Assembly (NCBI GenBank): GCA_028713285.1
Contig: JAQTOP010000004.1
Coordinates: forward strand, 20,241-84,240
Length of the DNA stretch: 64,000 nt
Reading direction: 5' to 3'
Source: Terrimicrobiaceae bacterium
GTDB lineage: Bacteria > Verrucomicrobiota > Verrucomicrobiia > Chthoniobacterales > JAATET01
This document shows, piece by piece, positions 36,824-47,485 of the stretch (its first letter is position 1; the number at the start of each line of letters is the position of its first letter). Position numbers and translations under genes: made by a program. The notes beneath the pieces were generated by a model. It was not told where the DNA came from and ran no database searches. It worked only from the letters and a program-made list of their open reading frames with translations.

Positions 36824-39262
36824 ATGCCCGCGATTAAGTCAGACACTCCACCCACCGTGCGGCGCCCATCCCAATTCTTCCTGACGCTCGCCGCGACGGC
36901 CGTTCTCCTCGGCGTGCCGGTGCTGCTGGCCTACGTGCAATTTGTCGGGTTCAGCGCGGAATGGCGGGCGAAGGTCGCCCGGGCGCTGAGCGGGCCGGCC
37001 TTCACCGTGGAGATCGGACGGCTGACGTTTCATCCCTTCGAAGGCATCGTCGCGGAGGGGCTGAATCTTTATCGGGTCGCCACGCCGCCGCGCCAGGTCG
37101 CGCAAATCGACCAGCTCGTGATCTCGCCGAATCTTTCCGAACTGCTGCACGGGCGCGTTTCCATCGACCGGCTGAATCTCGAGAATGCCTCGATCGCCAT
37201 CCCGTTTGCGAGCGACGGCGTGCAGCCCGACGCGATTCTGCTCCGCGATCTTCGGGCGGAGATTTGGAGCGGGAATGGCCAGGTGACGATCAGCCACGCC
37301 GAATGCGTCATGCAGGACATTCACGTAACCTTGCACGGTCATCTGCTCCTGCCGGCGGGAGGAGGCATGAGCCGGCCCGCGGCTCCCGCCCATTCGGACT
37401 CGCGGGTGGCACTCATCCGGTCGGTGCTCGCCGCGCTGGGGCGAATCGAGTTTTCCGCGCCGAAGCCTGAACTCGACATCCAACTCAGCGGAAATATCGC
37501 GCAGCCCGAAACGATCTCCGCAGACTCGGTGACGCTCCGGGCGGGGGGCGTGCGCTACGACCAACTGAGTTTCGATCATGTGAATCTCTCGGCATCCTAC
37601 GCGAACCGCGCGGTGCTGCTGTCGAGCCTGCGTGCGGCCGGAAAATCGGGGTCGATGCAGATTGGCGGCGCCTGGGACTTCGCAACGGGCGGCGGCCATC
37701 TCGATGCCAGCGGCGGCCTTGCATTCGCGCCATTGCTGCGGCTGGCCGGGCGCACCGACCTCGCGACACGGATCGCATTTGACCATCCGCCCAGGATCGA
37801 AGCCACGCTCACAGCCACGCCTGGCGCGAGCAGACCCTCGATTTCCCTCATCGGGCAGACGTCCACCGCGGGCTTTCGATTGAAGGGAATTCGTGCGCGC
37901 AGTTTCGCGACCCGGTTCGCGTGGAAGGACGGGCGGCTTTTCCTGCAGGATGCGGAGCTACAGGCCCGGACCGGCGGCATGCATGCGCAATTGCTCATGG
38001 GACCGGGCGAATTTCGCCTCAAGCTCGATAGCGATGCGGATCCCGCGGAATTTATCGAACTCTTCGGTCCGAACGAGCAGACCATCATCCGGCTTCTCGA
38101 ATTCAAGGATTCGCCAAAGCTCACGATCAAGCTCTCCGGCACGCGTCCGAGCCTCGACGCGCTCGCGGGCGAGGGACACATTACGCTCGGCCGCTCGGCG
38201 ATGCGCGGCTCGTGGATCGACTCCGGCGTTTCCGACGTCCTTGTGGCCGATCGCGCGATCGCTTACAAAAACCTCTCGATCAAAAAGGGTCCGCTGCGCG
38301 CGACGGGATCGTTCACCTACGATTTCGGACGCCACCAGGTGCGGCTGGATGGCATTCACTCGAACCTGAATCCGCCCGACGTGCTCATGTGGGTCGATCC
38401 CCGGATCTCCGCTACGGTCGCCGTCTATCGCTTCCGCTCTCCGCCTGCCGTACGCGCCGACGGCATCGCGGGCATGCAGGATCCCCAGCAAAACGATCTG
38501 CGCATCCAGGTCGATGCGCCCGGCGGCCTCACCTACACGCTGCTCAACCGCGACCTCGTGTTCGGCGACACGCAGGCCACCGTCCTGTTGAAGGGGCAGC
38601 AGGTGCTTGCCGACGTGCGCCGCGCGGCGCTCTACGGCGGGGAAGCGGCCGTGACCGCAAAGGTCTCCACCGCGCCGGATGACCCCAGCTTCAGCGCCAA
38701 GATTGCGGTGGATCGGATCGACTTCCCATCGCTGACGAAGCTCTACTTCGGCTACGCAAAATCGGAGGGCGTGATGAGCGGGCGGTATGCCTTCGATTCC
38801 AGTCTGCGCGATGCGTCGAAGATGCGGGGCAGCGGCAGCATCCGCGTGGAGGACGGGCATGTGCTCGCGATCCCGCTCTTCGGGCCGTTGTCGTCGATCA
38901 TCAGCACGATCATTCCCGGCGCGGGGCACGAGAGCGCACGGCTGGCGACCGCGGATTTCACGATTGCCGATCAGCTCATCAGGACGAAAAACCTCGATAT
39001 CAGCGGCTCGGGCTTCGAGCTCTTTGGCGACGGCAGCGTCGGAATCCCGGGCGGACAAATGGATCTGACCGTGCGCATCAATGCACGCGGCATTCCGGGA
39101 CTCGTCCTTTTCCCGGTAAGCAAACTCCTCGAATACGTCTCCACAGGCACCATCTCCAATCCGCAATGGCGGCCAAAAGTCATTCCTCACGAGTTTTTCG
39201 ACGTGCTTGGAATCGGAGGCGGCGACGCGGCGAAGCCGTCGAATTCTGGCAAGACCAGGTGA
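36824..39262 (+). CDS. AsmA-like periplasm-bridging protein
   Basis: Single N-terminal TM, long beta-rich body, AsmA-like C-terminus. Start is uncertain (36812, 36824 or 36857). Confidence 0.72.
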   Translation: MPAIKSDTPPTVRRPSQFFLTLAATAVLLGVPVLLAYVQFVGFSAEWRAKVARALSGPAFTVEIGRLTFHPFEGIVAEGLNLYRVATPPRQVAQIDQLVISPNLSELLHGRVSIDRLNLENASIAIPFASDGVQPDAILLRDLRAEIWSGNGQVTISHAECVMQDIHVTLHGHLLLPAGGGMSRPAAPAHSDSRVALIRSVLAALGRIEFSAPKPELDIQLSGNIAQPETISADSVTLRAGGVRYDQLSFDHVNLSASYANRAVLLSSLRAAGKSGSMQIGGAWDFATGGGHLDASGGLAFAPLLRLAGRTDLATRIAFDHPPRIEATLTATPGASRPSISLIGQTSTAGFRLKGIRARSFATRFAWKDGRLFLQDAELQARTGGMHAQLLMGPGEFRLKLDSDADPAEFIELFGPNEQTIIRLLEFKDSPKLTIKLSGTRPSLDALAGEGHITLGRSAMRGSWIDSGVSDVLVADRAIAYKNLSIKKGPLRATGSFTYDFGRHQVRLDGIHSNLNPPDVLMWVDPRISATVAVYRFRSPPAVRADGIAGMQDPQQNDLRIQVDAPGGLTYTLLNRDLVFGDTQATVLLKGQQVLADVRRAALYGGEAAVTAKVSTAPDDPSFSAKIAVDRIDFPSLTKLYFGYAKSEGVMSGRYAFDSSLRDASKMRGSGSIRVEDGHVLAIPLFGPLSSIISTIIPGAGHESARLATADFTIADQLIRTKNLDISGSGFELFGDGSVGIPGGQMDLTVRINARGIPGLVLFPVSKLLEYVSTGTISNPQWRPKVIPHEFFDVLGIGGGDAAKPSNSGKTR

Positions 39263-39281
39263 ACCTGCGGCCGCGTCCGTT

Positions 39282-39776
39282 TCACGCGCGCAGGTCTTTT
39301 TTCAATCGCTGTTCCTGAAAAAATCCGCGCAGCAGCCCCGCGCATTCCTCGACACGAATGCCGGATACGATTTCGCAGCGGTGGTTCAGTTCGGTGGTCT
39401 GGAGTAGGTTGATCCAGCCTCCCGCGGCGCCACTCTTCGCATCGCCGCATCCGAAGATAACCCGCCGCAATCTCGCGTGAACGATCGCGCCGGCGCACAT
39501 CGGGCACGGCTCCTTCGTCACGTAGAGATCGCAATCCATCAGCCGCCAGTCGCCCAGGGCATTCTCCGCCTGCGTGATGGCGAGCATCTCGGCGTGGGCC
39601 GTGGCGTCCTTCAGCGTCTCGACTTGATTCCATGCGCGGGCGATGACCTTGCCCTCGCGGACGACCACAGCGCCGATGGGAACCTCCTCCGCTTCGTAGG
39701 CGCGGCGGGCCTGCCGCAGCGCCTCTCCCATGAAATGCGCGTCGCTCGCCAGGTCGATGATCGGATCGTCCTCCAC
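39282..39776 (-). CDS. tadA: tRNA adenosine(34) deaminase
   Basis: Motifs EVPIGAV, TAHAE, EPCPMCAGA. Confidence 0.93.
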   Translation of the reverse strand: MEDDPIIDLASDAHFMGEALRQARRAYEAEEVPIGAVVVREGKVIARAWNQVETLKDATAHAEMLAITQAENALGDWRLMDCDLYVTKEPCPMCAGAIVHARLRRVIFGCGDAKSGAAGGWINLLQTTELNHRCEIVSGIRVEECAGLLRGFFQEQRLKKDLRA

Positions 39777-39823
39777 GAACTCCGTTATAGCCGAGGCGCC
39801 GACCCACCGCTAAAATTATCGCA

Positions 39824-40480
39824 GTGAGTTTCCGGAAAATCATCGTCGCCCCATCTATCCTCGCGAGCGATTTCGCGCGCGTCGGCGAGGAAGCGGCGTC
39901 AGTCACCGAGGCCGGGGCGGACTGGATCCATTGCGACGTGATGGACGGGCATTTCGTGGACAACATTTCGTTCGGCCCCGCGTTCGTGGAGGCCGTGAGC
40001 CGGCACACGACGATTCCGCTCGACGTGCATCTGATGGTCACGCGTCCCGATCATTATTTCCCCCGCTTCACGAAGCTTGCCGCGTCCATCACCGCGCACG
40101 TCGAAGCGGCGCACGATGTCGCCGACACGCTGCGCAAGGTGCGCGCCGCCGGCTGCAAGGCGGGCCTCGCGGTGAGCCCGCCGACGGACATCGCCCGCAT
40201 CGAGCCGCATCTCGGCGAGTTCGACATCCTGCTCGTCATGACCGTGAACCCCGGCTTCGGAGGTCAGCCGTTTCTGCCGGACATGATCGAGAAGGTTCGC
40301 TTCGCGGCGCGCCTGCGCGAGGAGCGCGGGCTGGATTTTGACATCGAAGTGGACGGGGGGATCACCGTCGAAACGGCGCGAGTGTCCATCGAGGCCGGAG
40401 CGAATCTGCTCGTGGCCGGCACGTCGGTTTTCCGCGCCGCGGACCGCGCGGCCGAGATCAAGCGCCTGCGCGAGGCTTGA
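39824..40480 (+). CDS. rpe: Ribulose-phosphate 3-epimerase
   Basis: Motifs APSILASDF, HCDVMDGHFV, MTVNPGFGGQ, EVDGG. Confidence 0.95.
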   Translation: MSFRKIIVAPSILASDFARVGEEAASVTEAGADWIHCDVMDGHFVDNISFGPAFVEAVSRHTTIPLDVHLMVTRPDHYFPRFTKLAASITAHVEAAHDVADTLRKVRAAGCKAGLAVSPPTDIARIEPHLGEFDILLVMTVNPGFGGQPFLPDMIEKVRFAARLREERGLDFDIEVDGGITVETARVSIEAGANLLVAGTSVFRAADRAAEIKRLREA

Positions 40481-41633
40481 TCGACGCGAGGATTCCCAGC
40501 GCCTCCCCCACGAGAAAAAGAGAGCCGGTAACGAGCACCCTGCCCTCCTGCCGACCGGCTTCTCTCACAGCATCCGCCAGGGTCATGAAAACCCGCCCGT
40601 CCGCAGTCGCAGCAAGATTTTTCGGTGTTTCGCTGCGGGCGCTGGCGACCGGCACAAACCAGAACGACTCCGCGAGCGGCGCGAGCGCCGCGATCATTTC
40701 GGCGCAGGTCTTGTCCCGCAGGGCGCCGAAGATCACGGTGGCCTTTTCGTCGCCGAAGATCTCGCGCCACGTCTGCACGAGCTGCGCGCAGCCGTGGGTG
40801 TTGTGCGCTCCGTCCAGAACAAATCTTCCGACTTCCTGAAACCGGCCGGGCCAGTCCACCGTCGCCAGACCCGTGCGCATCGCCGCGTCGGAAACCTCGA
40901 TCTCCGCCGCATCCAGAGCCGCGAGCGCAAGCGCGGCATTCCGCCTTTGGTGCGAGCCGCGCAGGTTGATCGGGATGTCCTGCGCGAGCGATCCGTCGAT
41001 GAATGCGACCGGCGCATGCGCGATCAGCACGCGCCTCACTTCGTCCGCCTGTGGCGCGCTCACGGCGGGCACGCCCGGCTTCAGAATTCCCGCCTTTTCA
41101 CCTGCGATCTTTTCGAGCGTGTCGCCGAGCCACTGGGCGTGATCCATGGAGATCGGCGTGATCACGCTGACGATCGGGGTGACGGCATTCGTCGCGTCGA
41201 GACGCCCGCCCATTCCGGTTTCCAGCACGACGTAATCGCACGCCGCGTCGGCGAACCGGCGAATTGCCAGCGCCGTGACCAGCTCGAAATAGGTCGGCGC
41301 ATGCGGCCAATCGCGGACGGCCTCGCGCAGGCCGGTGAGAAACCGCGCCACGTCGGCTTCGGGAATCCATTCGCCATCGACGCGGATGCGCTCGCGAAAA
41401 TCCGCGAGGTGCGGCGACGTGTAGAGGCCCGTGCGATGGCCCGCCGCGCGCAGCACGGCGTCGAGCATCGCGCAGACGGAACCCTTGCCATTCGTGCCGG
41501 CGACGTGGAGAAAGCGGCATTCCCGCTCGGGATTCCCAAGGATCGCCAGCAGGCGGCGCGTGTTTTCGAGCCCGAGCTTGATGCCGAATTGCTGCGTGGA
41601 ATAAAGCCACGCCAGCGCTTCGGGGTAGTTCAT
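40458..41633 (-). CDS. folC: Folylpolyglutamate/dihydrofolate synthase
   Basis: Motifs HVAGTNGKGS, YTSPHL, ETGMGGRLDATN, DGAHN, TGSLFLVG. Confidence 0.95.
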   Translation of the reverse strand: MNYPEALAWLYSTQQFGIKLGLENTRRLLAILGNPERECRFLHVAGTNGKGSVCAMLDAVLRAAGHRTGLYTSPHLADFRERIRVDGEWIPEADVARFLTGLREAVRDWPHAPTYFELVTALAIRRFADAACDYVVLETGMGGRLDATNAVTPIVSVITPISMDHAQWLGDTLEKIAGEKAGILKPGVPAVSAPQADEVRRVLIAHAPVAFIDGSLAQDIPINLRGSHQRRNAALALAALDAAEIEVSDAAMRTGLATVDWPGRFQEVGRFVLDGAHNTHGCAQLVQTWREIFGDEKATVIFGALRDKTCAEMIAALAPLAESFWFVPVASARSETPKNLAATADGRVFMTLADAVREAGRQEGRVLVTGSLFLVGEALGILASIKPRAGA

Positions 41634-41640
41634 CCGCGCT

Positions 41641-42489
41641 TCATTTCCTGCCGCCCGAAAAATAGTCCAGCACTTGAACCAGCAACGCGCGGAGCCGGGC
41701 GCGGTGGACGATATGATCGACCAGGCCGTGTTTCTCGAGGAACTCAGCCGTCTGGAAGCCGGCGGGCAAATCCTGGTGCGTCGTCTCCTTGATCACGCGC
41801 GGGCCGGCGAAGCCGATCATGCTCCGTGGCTCCGCGAGGATCACGTCGCCCAGCGAGGCGAAGCTGGCCATCACGCCGGCGGTGGTGGGATTCGTCAAAA
41901 CGCTGAGATACGGCAGCTTCGCCTGCGCGTGGCGGGCCAGCGCGCCGCTCGTCTTCGCCATTTGCATGAGGCTGAGCATTCCCTCATACATTCGCGCGCC
42001 GCCCGAGGCGCAGACGATCACGACGGGCATCTTCCTCTTCGTCGCCAGCTCGATGGCGCGCGTGATTTTCTCGCCGACGACCGAGCCCATGGTCGCGGCG
42101 AGGAAGGTGAAATCCATCACCGCGAGCGATACCGGACGTCCGTCGATCTTCGCGGTACCCGTGAGGACGGCGTCCTTGAGGCCCGTTTTTTCGCGATATT
42201 TTTTCAGCGTCTCCTCGTAGGTGGCGACACCCTGGAATTTGAGGGGATCGACGGAGACGAGGTCGGCATCCGTTTCCACGAAGCTGCCCTCGTCGGCAAG
42301 CGATGCCACGCGCTCGGCGGACCCGATGGGAAAATGGTGGTCGCACTTCGGACAGACGCGCAGATTTTCGTCGAGCGCGAGATTGTGAATGACCTCGCCG
42401 CAGGACGGGCACTTCGTCCAAAGGCCCTCGGGAATGTCGCGATTCTTGCGCGTGAGGACCTTGAGGACGGGTTTGCGAAAAATGGCCAT
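41641..42489 (-). CDS. accD: Acetyl-CoA carboxylase carboxyltransferase beta
   Basis: Motifs LWTKCPSC...CPKC, SGGARMYEG, IGFAGPRVI. Confidence 0.96.
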   Translation of the reverse strand: MAIFRKPVLKVLTRKNRDIPEGLWTKCPSCGEVIHNLALDENLRVCPKCDHHFPIGSAERVASLADEGSFVETDADLVSVDPLKFQGVATYEETLKKYREKTGLKDAVLTGTAKIDGRPVSLAVMDFTFLAATMGSVVGEKITRAIELATKRKMPVVIVCASGGARMYEGMLSLMQMAKTSGALARHAQAKLPYLSVLTNPTTAGVMASFASLGDVILAEPRSMIGFAGPRVIKETTHQDLPAGFQTAEFLEKHGLVDHIVHRARLRALLVQVLDYFSGGRK

Positions 42490-42495
42490 GGCAGA

Positions 42496-43233
42496 TTATC
42501 CCCGCGCCACCGTGATTGCGCGGACCGAGCAGGCGCCGCCCTCCAGCAGGACACGCGCGCATTCATCCAGCGTCGAGCCGGTGGTCAGCACATCGTCCAC
42601 CAGCAGAAAACTTTTGTCGTTCACGTCCGCATTGTGGCGCAAAGCGAATGCGCCGCGCAAGTTCCGCATCCGCTGCCGCCGGTCGAAGTGCGTTTGCGTG
42701 ACCGTGTGGCGGCGGCGGCGAAGCGGCCGCTCGACGCGCAATCCCAGCCGGCGCCCGATCCAGCAGGCAAGCGCCTCGGATTGATTGAACCTCCGCTCGC
42801 GCAGGCGCGCCGGATGCAGCGGCACCGGAGCGAGGCACACATCCGCCGTGGCGGCGAGCCGCTGGTCCGAGAATGCCTCGGCCAGCCAGTCGCCCAGCAC
42901 GCGGCGCAGGTGGAACTCGCGGCCGTATTTGAACCGGTGGATCAACTCGCGCACGAGCCCGTCCGAGCGCATCACCGAAAGGGCGAAGTCCAGATGCAGC
43001 GCCTCGTTGCGGCAATTCGGGCACAGGAACGCCTCGAGCGCGCCGCCGAAGGGCCGCGAGCATATCGGGCACTTCGGACCGTGGAGCCGGCGCACCCGCG
43101 ATTCGCAGGTGGCGCAGAGCCATTGCCCGACCGGCTGCCGCACGCCGCAGCCCGCGCAATGCGGTGGATAAACGAGGTCAACCAGCGCCGTGAGCGGGGG
43201 CCGGAGCAGGCTCACCAATCGAGCGGGATCCAC
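42496..43233 (-). CDS. comF: ComF family protein (zinc ribbon + PRTase)
   Basis: CxxC repeats, PVPLH...RRFNQS, LVDDVLTTGSTL; start trimmed to GTG 43233. Confidence 0.9.
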   Translation of the reverse strand: MDPARLVSLLRPPLTALVDLVYPPHCAGCGVRQPVGQWLCATCESRVRRLHGPKCPICSRPFGGALEAFLCPNCRNEALHLDFALSVMRSDGLVRELIHRFKYGREFHLRRVLGDWLAEAFSDQRLAATADVCLAPVPLHPARLRERRFNQSEALACWIGRRLGLRVERPLRRRRHTVTQTHFDRRQRMRNLRGAFALRHNADVNDKSFLLVDDVLTTGSTLDECARVLLEGGACSVRAITVARG

Positions 43234-44110
43234 GCGCGAGATACCACCAGACGAGCAGCCCGCTGACAAGCAGCGCCGCGAGCGGCACGAGCCCGGTGGG
43301 CACCATTCCACTCACAACATTCGGGCCCACCCACGGCAGCAGGGCGTCGGGCGGCTTCACGCGATACTTGCCGAGCAGATTGATCGTCTGCTGGCCCAGT
43401 ATCCATCCCGCGTGGAGGCCGATGGGCAGCCAGAGCGAGCGCGTGCGCAGCGTGGCGAATGCCAGAATGATGCCGATCACAAAAAGCGCCGCCGCTCCGG
43501 CAAAGGTCACCGCCGGGCCGGCCGCCGGCGAAAACACGCTCCCGAGCAGCGCGAACCCGCTGCCCCAACCCACGTCGGCGACATTGCCCCGGGGCTTGAT
43601 GAAATGGATGGCCGAAAACGCCGCCGAGACGAGCAGCACCGAGGTCCATCTCCCGAGGCTGCGGATGGCCAGCCCGAGCAGCACGCCGCGAAAGAGCGCC
43701 TCCTCGAGCAGCGAGACGAAGATCGCGGTCGCCGCGATCCGGCCGAGCCCGGGCCATGCGACGCCCTGCCGCAGGCGATAAATGTCGCATTGGAAATAGA
43801 CGGCAGCCAGAGCGATCAGCGGTAGCAACGCGAGCACGAGCCCGGCGATGACATCGCGCACGGCGTGCGGGTTGCGCGCGAGGCCCAGCTCGGTGGGGCG
43901 GCGGAGATTCAACCATCGCAGCGCGGGCCAGAGAAGCACGAGGGCCGCGATCTGGGCGATGCGGCTGAAAAAACGGTGGAACGGAATGCCGGCCAGCGCC
44001 GGATGCGCGGCGGCGAGCGATTGCGCCACCCAATAGAAGGGCGGCGAGAGCAGTGCCGCGAGCAGGACGACGGCGGCGAGATAGAGCGAAATTTTCGCCA
44101 GGGGATTCAC
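43178..44110 (-). CDS. CPBP (CAAX/Abi) intramembrane metalloprotease
   Basis: Motifs EEALFRG, FSAIH, SLWLPIGLHAGW; start trimmed to GTG 44110. Confidence 0.88.
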   Translation of the reverse strand: MNPLAKISLYLAAVVLLAALLSPPFYWVAQSLAAAHPALAGIPFHRFFSRIAQIAALVLLWPALRWLNLRRPTELGLARNPHAVRDVIAGLVLALLPLIALAAVYFQCDIYRLRQGVAWPGLGRIAATAIFVSLLEEALFRGVLLGLAIRSLGRWTSVLLVSAAFSAIHFIKPRGNVADVGWGSGFALLGSVFSPAAGPAVTFAGAAALFVIGIILAFATLRTRSLWLPIGLHAGWILGQQTINLLGKYRVKPPDALLPWVGPNVVSGMVPTGLVPLAALLVSGLLVWWYLARGSRSIGEPAPAPAHGAG

Positions 44111-44144
44111 GCGCCGCAAGTTAGCAGCTACTTTCGCGGTCGAA

Positions 44145-45443
44145 ATGCTTTTCTCCGACGACACCGACGCGCTGGTCGCCGCGGACCGCGCGCACAGCTG
44201 GCACCCCTTCACGCAAATGCGCGCGTGGTGCGATCCCGCGCACGAGCCGCTCGTGCTCGTCGAGGGCGAAGGCGCGATCCTGCGCGACTCGCGCGGGCGC
44301 GAATATCTCGACGGCAACTCGTCGATCTGGACGAATCTGCACGGCCATAATCATCCGCGGCTCAACGCGGCGATTCGTGCGCAACTCGACCGCGTGGCGC
44401 ACATCTCCTTCCTCGGATCGACCAACGCGCCTGCCGCGCGCCTCGCGGAGCGGCTCTGCGCCCTGTTCCCGCCGCGCACGCTCACGCGGGCTTTTTTTTC
44501 GGACAACGGTTCGACGGCCATCGAGGTCGCGCTGAAGATGGCGGTGCAATTCTGGCAGCTTGACGGCCGCCCCGAGCGGGATCGCTTTATCGCCTTCGAC
44601 CGGGCCTACCACGGCGACACCGCCGGCGCCGCGAGCGTGGGCGGCATCGCCTCGTTCCATGGGCGGTTCGAGCGCATGCATTTTCCCGTGGAGCGAATCG
44701 CGTCGGTCGAGGAACTGGATGCCATCGCGCATCCCGAAACGCTTGCGGCCGTCGTCATCGAGCCGCTGGTGCAGGGCGCCGCGGGCATCCGGCTCTGGCC
44801 CGCCGGCATGTTGCGGACGCTGCGGGCGTGGTGCGACGCGCACGGCGTGTTTCTCATCCTCGACGAAGTGCTCACCGGCTTTGGCCGCACGGGCGCGATG
44901 TTCGCCTGCGAGCGCGAGGGTGTGATTCCCGACTTTCTCTGCCTGGCGAAGGGCCTCTCCGGCGGCTATCTGCCCCTGGCCGCCACCCTGACGACGGAGC
45001 GCGTGTTCGAGCGATTTCTCGGCGAAACGGCGGAGGAACGGACGCTCTACTACGGCCACAGCTACACGGGCAACCCGCTCGCATGCGCTGCCGCGCTGGC
45101 GAGCCTCGACATCTTTCGCGACGATCGAACCCTCGACCGCCTCGCGCCGAAGATCGACCGGATGCGCGATTTACTGGCAGGCCTCGCGACGCACCCGCGC
45201 GTGCGCGAGGTGCGGCAATGCGGCTTCATCGCCGGCATCGAGATTGGCGCGGACAAGGAGACGCCGTATCCATGGACGGAACTGCGCGGCGCGCGAGTCT
45301 GCGAAGCCGCCCGCGCACACGGCCTGCTCACCCGCCCGGTGCTCGACACGATTGTCCTGATGCCGCCGTATTGCACGACCGATGAGCAGCTCGCCCAGGC
45401 GGTCGATGCGATCCGCCGGGGGATCGACGAAGTCTGTCGATAG
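44145..45443 (+). CDS. bioA: Adenosylmethionine--8-amino-7-oxononanoate transaminase
   Basis: Motifs WHPFTQM, DNGSTAIEVALKMA, YHGDT, DEVLTGFGRTG, AKGLSGGYLP. Confidence 0.95.
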   Translation: MLFSDDTDALVAADRAHSWHPFTQMRAWCDPAHEPLVLVEGEGAILRDSRGREYLDGNSSIWTNLHGHNHPRLNAAIRAQLDRVAHISFLGSTNAPAARLAERLCALFPPRTLTRAFFSDNGSTAIEVALKMAVQFWQLDGRPERDRFIAFDRAYHGDTAGAASVGGIASFHGRFERMHFPVERIASVEELDAIAHPETLAAVVIEPLVQGAAGIRLWPAGMLRTLRAWCDAHGVFLILDEVLTGFGRTGAMFACEREGVIPDFLCLAKGLSGGYLPLAATLTTERVFERFLGETAEERTLYYGHSYTGNPLACAAALASLDIFRDDRTLDRLAPKIDRMRDLLAGLATHPRVREVRQCGFIAGIEIGADKETPYPWTELRGARVCEAARAHGLLTRPVLDTIVLMPPYCTTDEQLAQAVDAIRRGIDEVCR

Positions 45444-45445
45444 TC

Positions 45446-47245
45446 CTACCGCGCGGGGCTTTCACGAAAGATCGTGATCTTTTGGGGGCGGGAGTCGCCA
45501 CGAGGCCCGTGGGCAATAATCGTGAAAACATTCCTACCCTTCTTGAGCCCCACGACGAACGACCATCTCGCTGAGCCGGACGCTTTTTTCCAGCCTCCCC
45601 TTCCGATGCGGTAGGAAACACTGGAAACATCACCCACGGCTCTGCCTTGAAATACATGGTGATCCTTTGCGGTGATGATTTTCGATTTGCCGATCGAAAA
45701 TATTTCGGGAGGAGCTGCCGACGTGGTCGGTGAAGGCGGCGGAGTCGGTGCAGGAGTCGCAACGGGTGGAACGATTCCATCGGGGCTCGCGAGGAATGCG
45801 TAGACGTGACCGTCGGCATCCGAGAAAGAACCGAGGATTTGGCCCGCTGGATCGATGGAAGTGGCAATGCTCTCGACGGCCTCTGCGGGCGAAAGATCGA
45901 TGAATTCCCCGTCAATCCAAACGAAGGCGTGGTCGTGACCGTCAGTGCCCCGGAACGAACCGACTATCCAACCCGCATCGTTAATCGCCTTTGCCCCGAC
46001 CTTGTCGATGCCTGGCGCAGTGAGCTCAGTGAAGACGCCATCTTTCCAGGTGAAGGGCCGATAATTGTTGCCGTCAGTTGAGAAAAAACCCAGGACGCGT
46101 CCGTCTGCGCTGATGAAACTGGCATCACCATCGACAGCGCCTGTAGAAGTCAGGTCGGTAAAAATCCCATTCTGCCAGACAAATGGATGGCTATGGGAGG
46201 TATCCCAAAAGGTGCCGGCAATTTGACCGGAGTCATTGATTGAATAAGCCGTGCTTTGCATTGAGCCATCGGGAACGAGGTCGGTAAGCACGCCACTTTT
46301 CCATGTAAAAGCGCGCTGAAAAATGCTGCCGATAATTCGACCCTGCGCGTTGACGGATCGAATGAAGCTGTGGTCGCCGAAATCCGTGAACACGCCGTTT
46401 TCCCAGACAAATGCACTGAGCTTGAAGTTGGCATAGGTGAGAGATCCGATGATCCGGCCGGAGCTGTCAATCGATCCAATCGAGCCGTCGATAGCGTCCG
46501 CGGGGGAGACATCAGTGAAGACACCGTTCTGCCAGAGAAATAAGTGTTCGCGACCAATTGTGGTGACGAACGATCCGACAATCCGCCCGGAATCATCGAT
46601 GTAATCGGGGTGAATCGTGGTCACTCCCGAGGGAGTAAAGTCCGTGAGAATGCCGTCTTTCCAGAGGAATGCGTGCTGGCGGCCAATGAAATCCAAGAAA
46701 GATCCGACGATCTGTCCGGATGAGTTGATCGCAAGCGGATAAGTGTCGACCGCACCAAGGGGATTGATTTCGAGAGATGTGCCGTTCGACCAAGCGAATG
46801 CATGTGCATGACCAGCGCCATCCGTATAGGCGACAACGATCTCGCCGAATGCGCTGACAGCAATGACACCGCTCCACAGTGCACCCGGAGGTTGCAAATC
46901 TGTCGATACACCATCTTTCCACGTAAACGTCCGCTGGCCGAGGGACGAGAACCAGGTGCCGACAATTCGGCCCGAGGCGGTCATGGATGCGCTGCTGGAT
47001 GCGCCGCCAGCCGGAGTCAGATCGGTGGACTCACGGTCGATCCAAATGAAGGCACGAGCCTGGCCGATTGCATTCGTGAAAGAGCCGAGGACCTGCCCGA
47101 CGTCGGTGACGAGGCTGGCTGAACTGGATGTCGCGCCAGAAGGGACCAGCTTGAAGGTGGTATAATGCACTGCGGCCGACGCCGGTGCGCCAAAACAGAT
47201 CGCTCCCAGGAGCGTGAGGGCAAGAACTGGAACGAACCATCGCAT
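45446..47245 (-). CDS. Secreted HAF-repeat (beta-propeller-like) protein with Pro/Thr linker and basic C-terminal domain
   Basis: Signal peptide; 11 repeats of type INxSGxIVG...HAFxWxDG.FTDL; codon use differs from flanking genes. Confidence 0.85.
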   Translation of the reverse strand: MRWFVPVLALTLLGAICFGAPASAAVHYTTFKLVPSGATSSSASLVTDVGQVLGSFTNAIGQARAFIWIDRESTDLTPAGGASSSASMTASGRIVGTWFSSLGQRTFTWKDGVSTDLQPPGALWSGVIAVSAFGEIVVAYTDGAGHAHAFAWSNGTSLEINPLGAVDTYPLAINSSGQIVGSFLDFIGRQHAFLWKDGILTDFTPSGVTTIHPDYIDDSGRIVGSFVTTIGREHLFLWQNGVFTDVSPADAIDGSIGSIDSSGRIIGSLTYANFKLSAFVWENGVFTDFGDHSFIRSVNAQGRIIGSIFQRAFTWKSGVLTDLVPDGSMQSTAYSINDSGQIAGTFWDTSHSHPFVWQNGIFTDLTSTGAVDGDASFISADGRVLGFFSTDGNNYRPFTWKDGVFTELTAPGIDKVGAKAINDAGWIVGSFRGTDGHDHAFVWIDGEFIDLSPAEAVESIATSIDPAGQILGSFSDADGHVYAFLASPDGIVPPVATPAPTPPPSPTTSAAPPEIFSIGKSKIITAKDHHVFQGRAVGDVSSVSYRIGRGGWKKASGSARWSFVVGLKKGRNVFTIIAHGPRGDSRPQKITIFRESPAR

Positions 47246-47485
47246 CGAGTCAATCCGGAGATCTAGAAAGCCGACGTTACATCAATGAACCTAAATTACC
47301 ATAAAATTCATTGCACAAAAATCAGCCGAAGTTGCCGATGGCATGTCGAGCCCCAATCCGCGGAATGCATCGCAAATCGCAGGCGGAACTGAGGCAAAAT
47401 CCGCCGAAACTCTTTCGCAGATAGCCATCAGGTTCGCGAAGAAGGCGTATCCTTCCGCCTTCCTCACGAACTCTTGTGGCGCGAT

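Noticed and set aside
47246-47485. AT-richer intergenic stretch as tRNA, ncRNA or att site
   Set aside because: No cloverleaf, T-loop motif or terminator was recognised; it is most simply the promoter region of the HAF-repeat gene.
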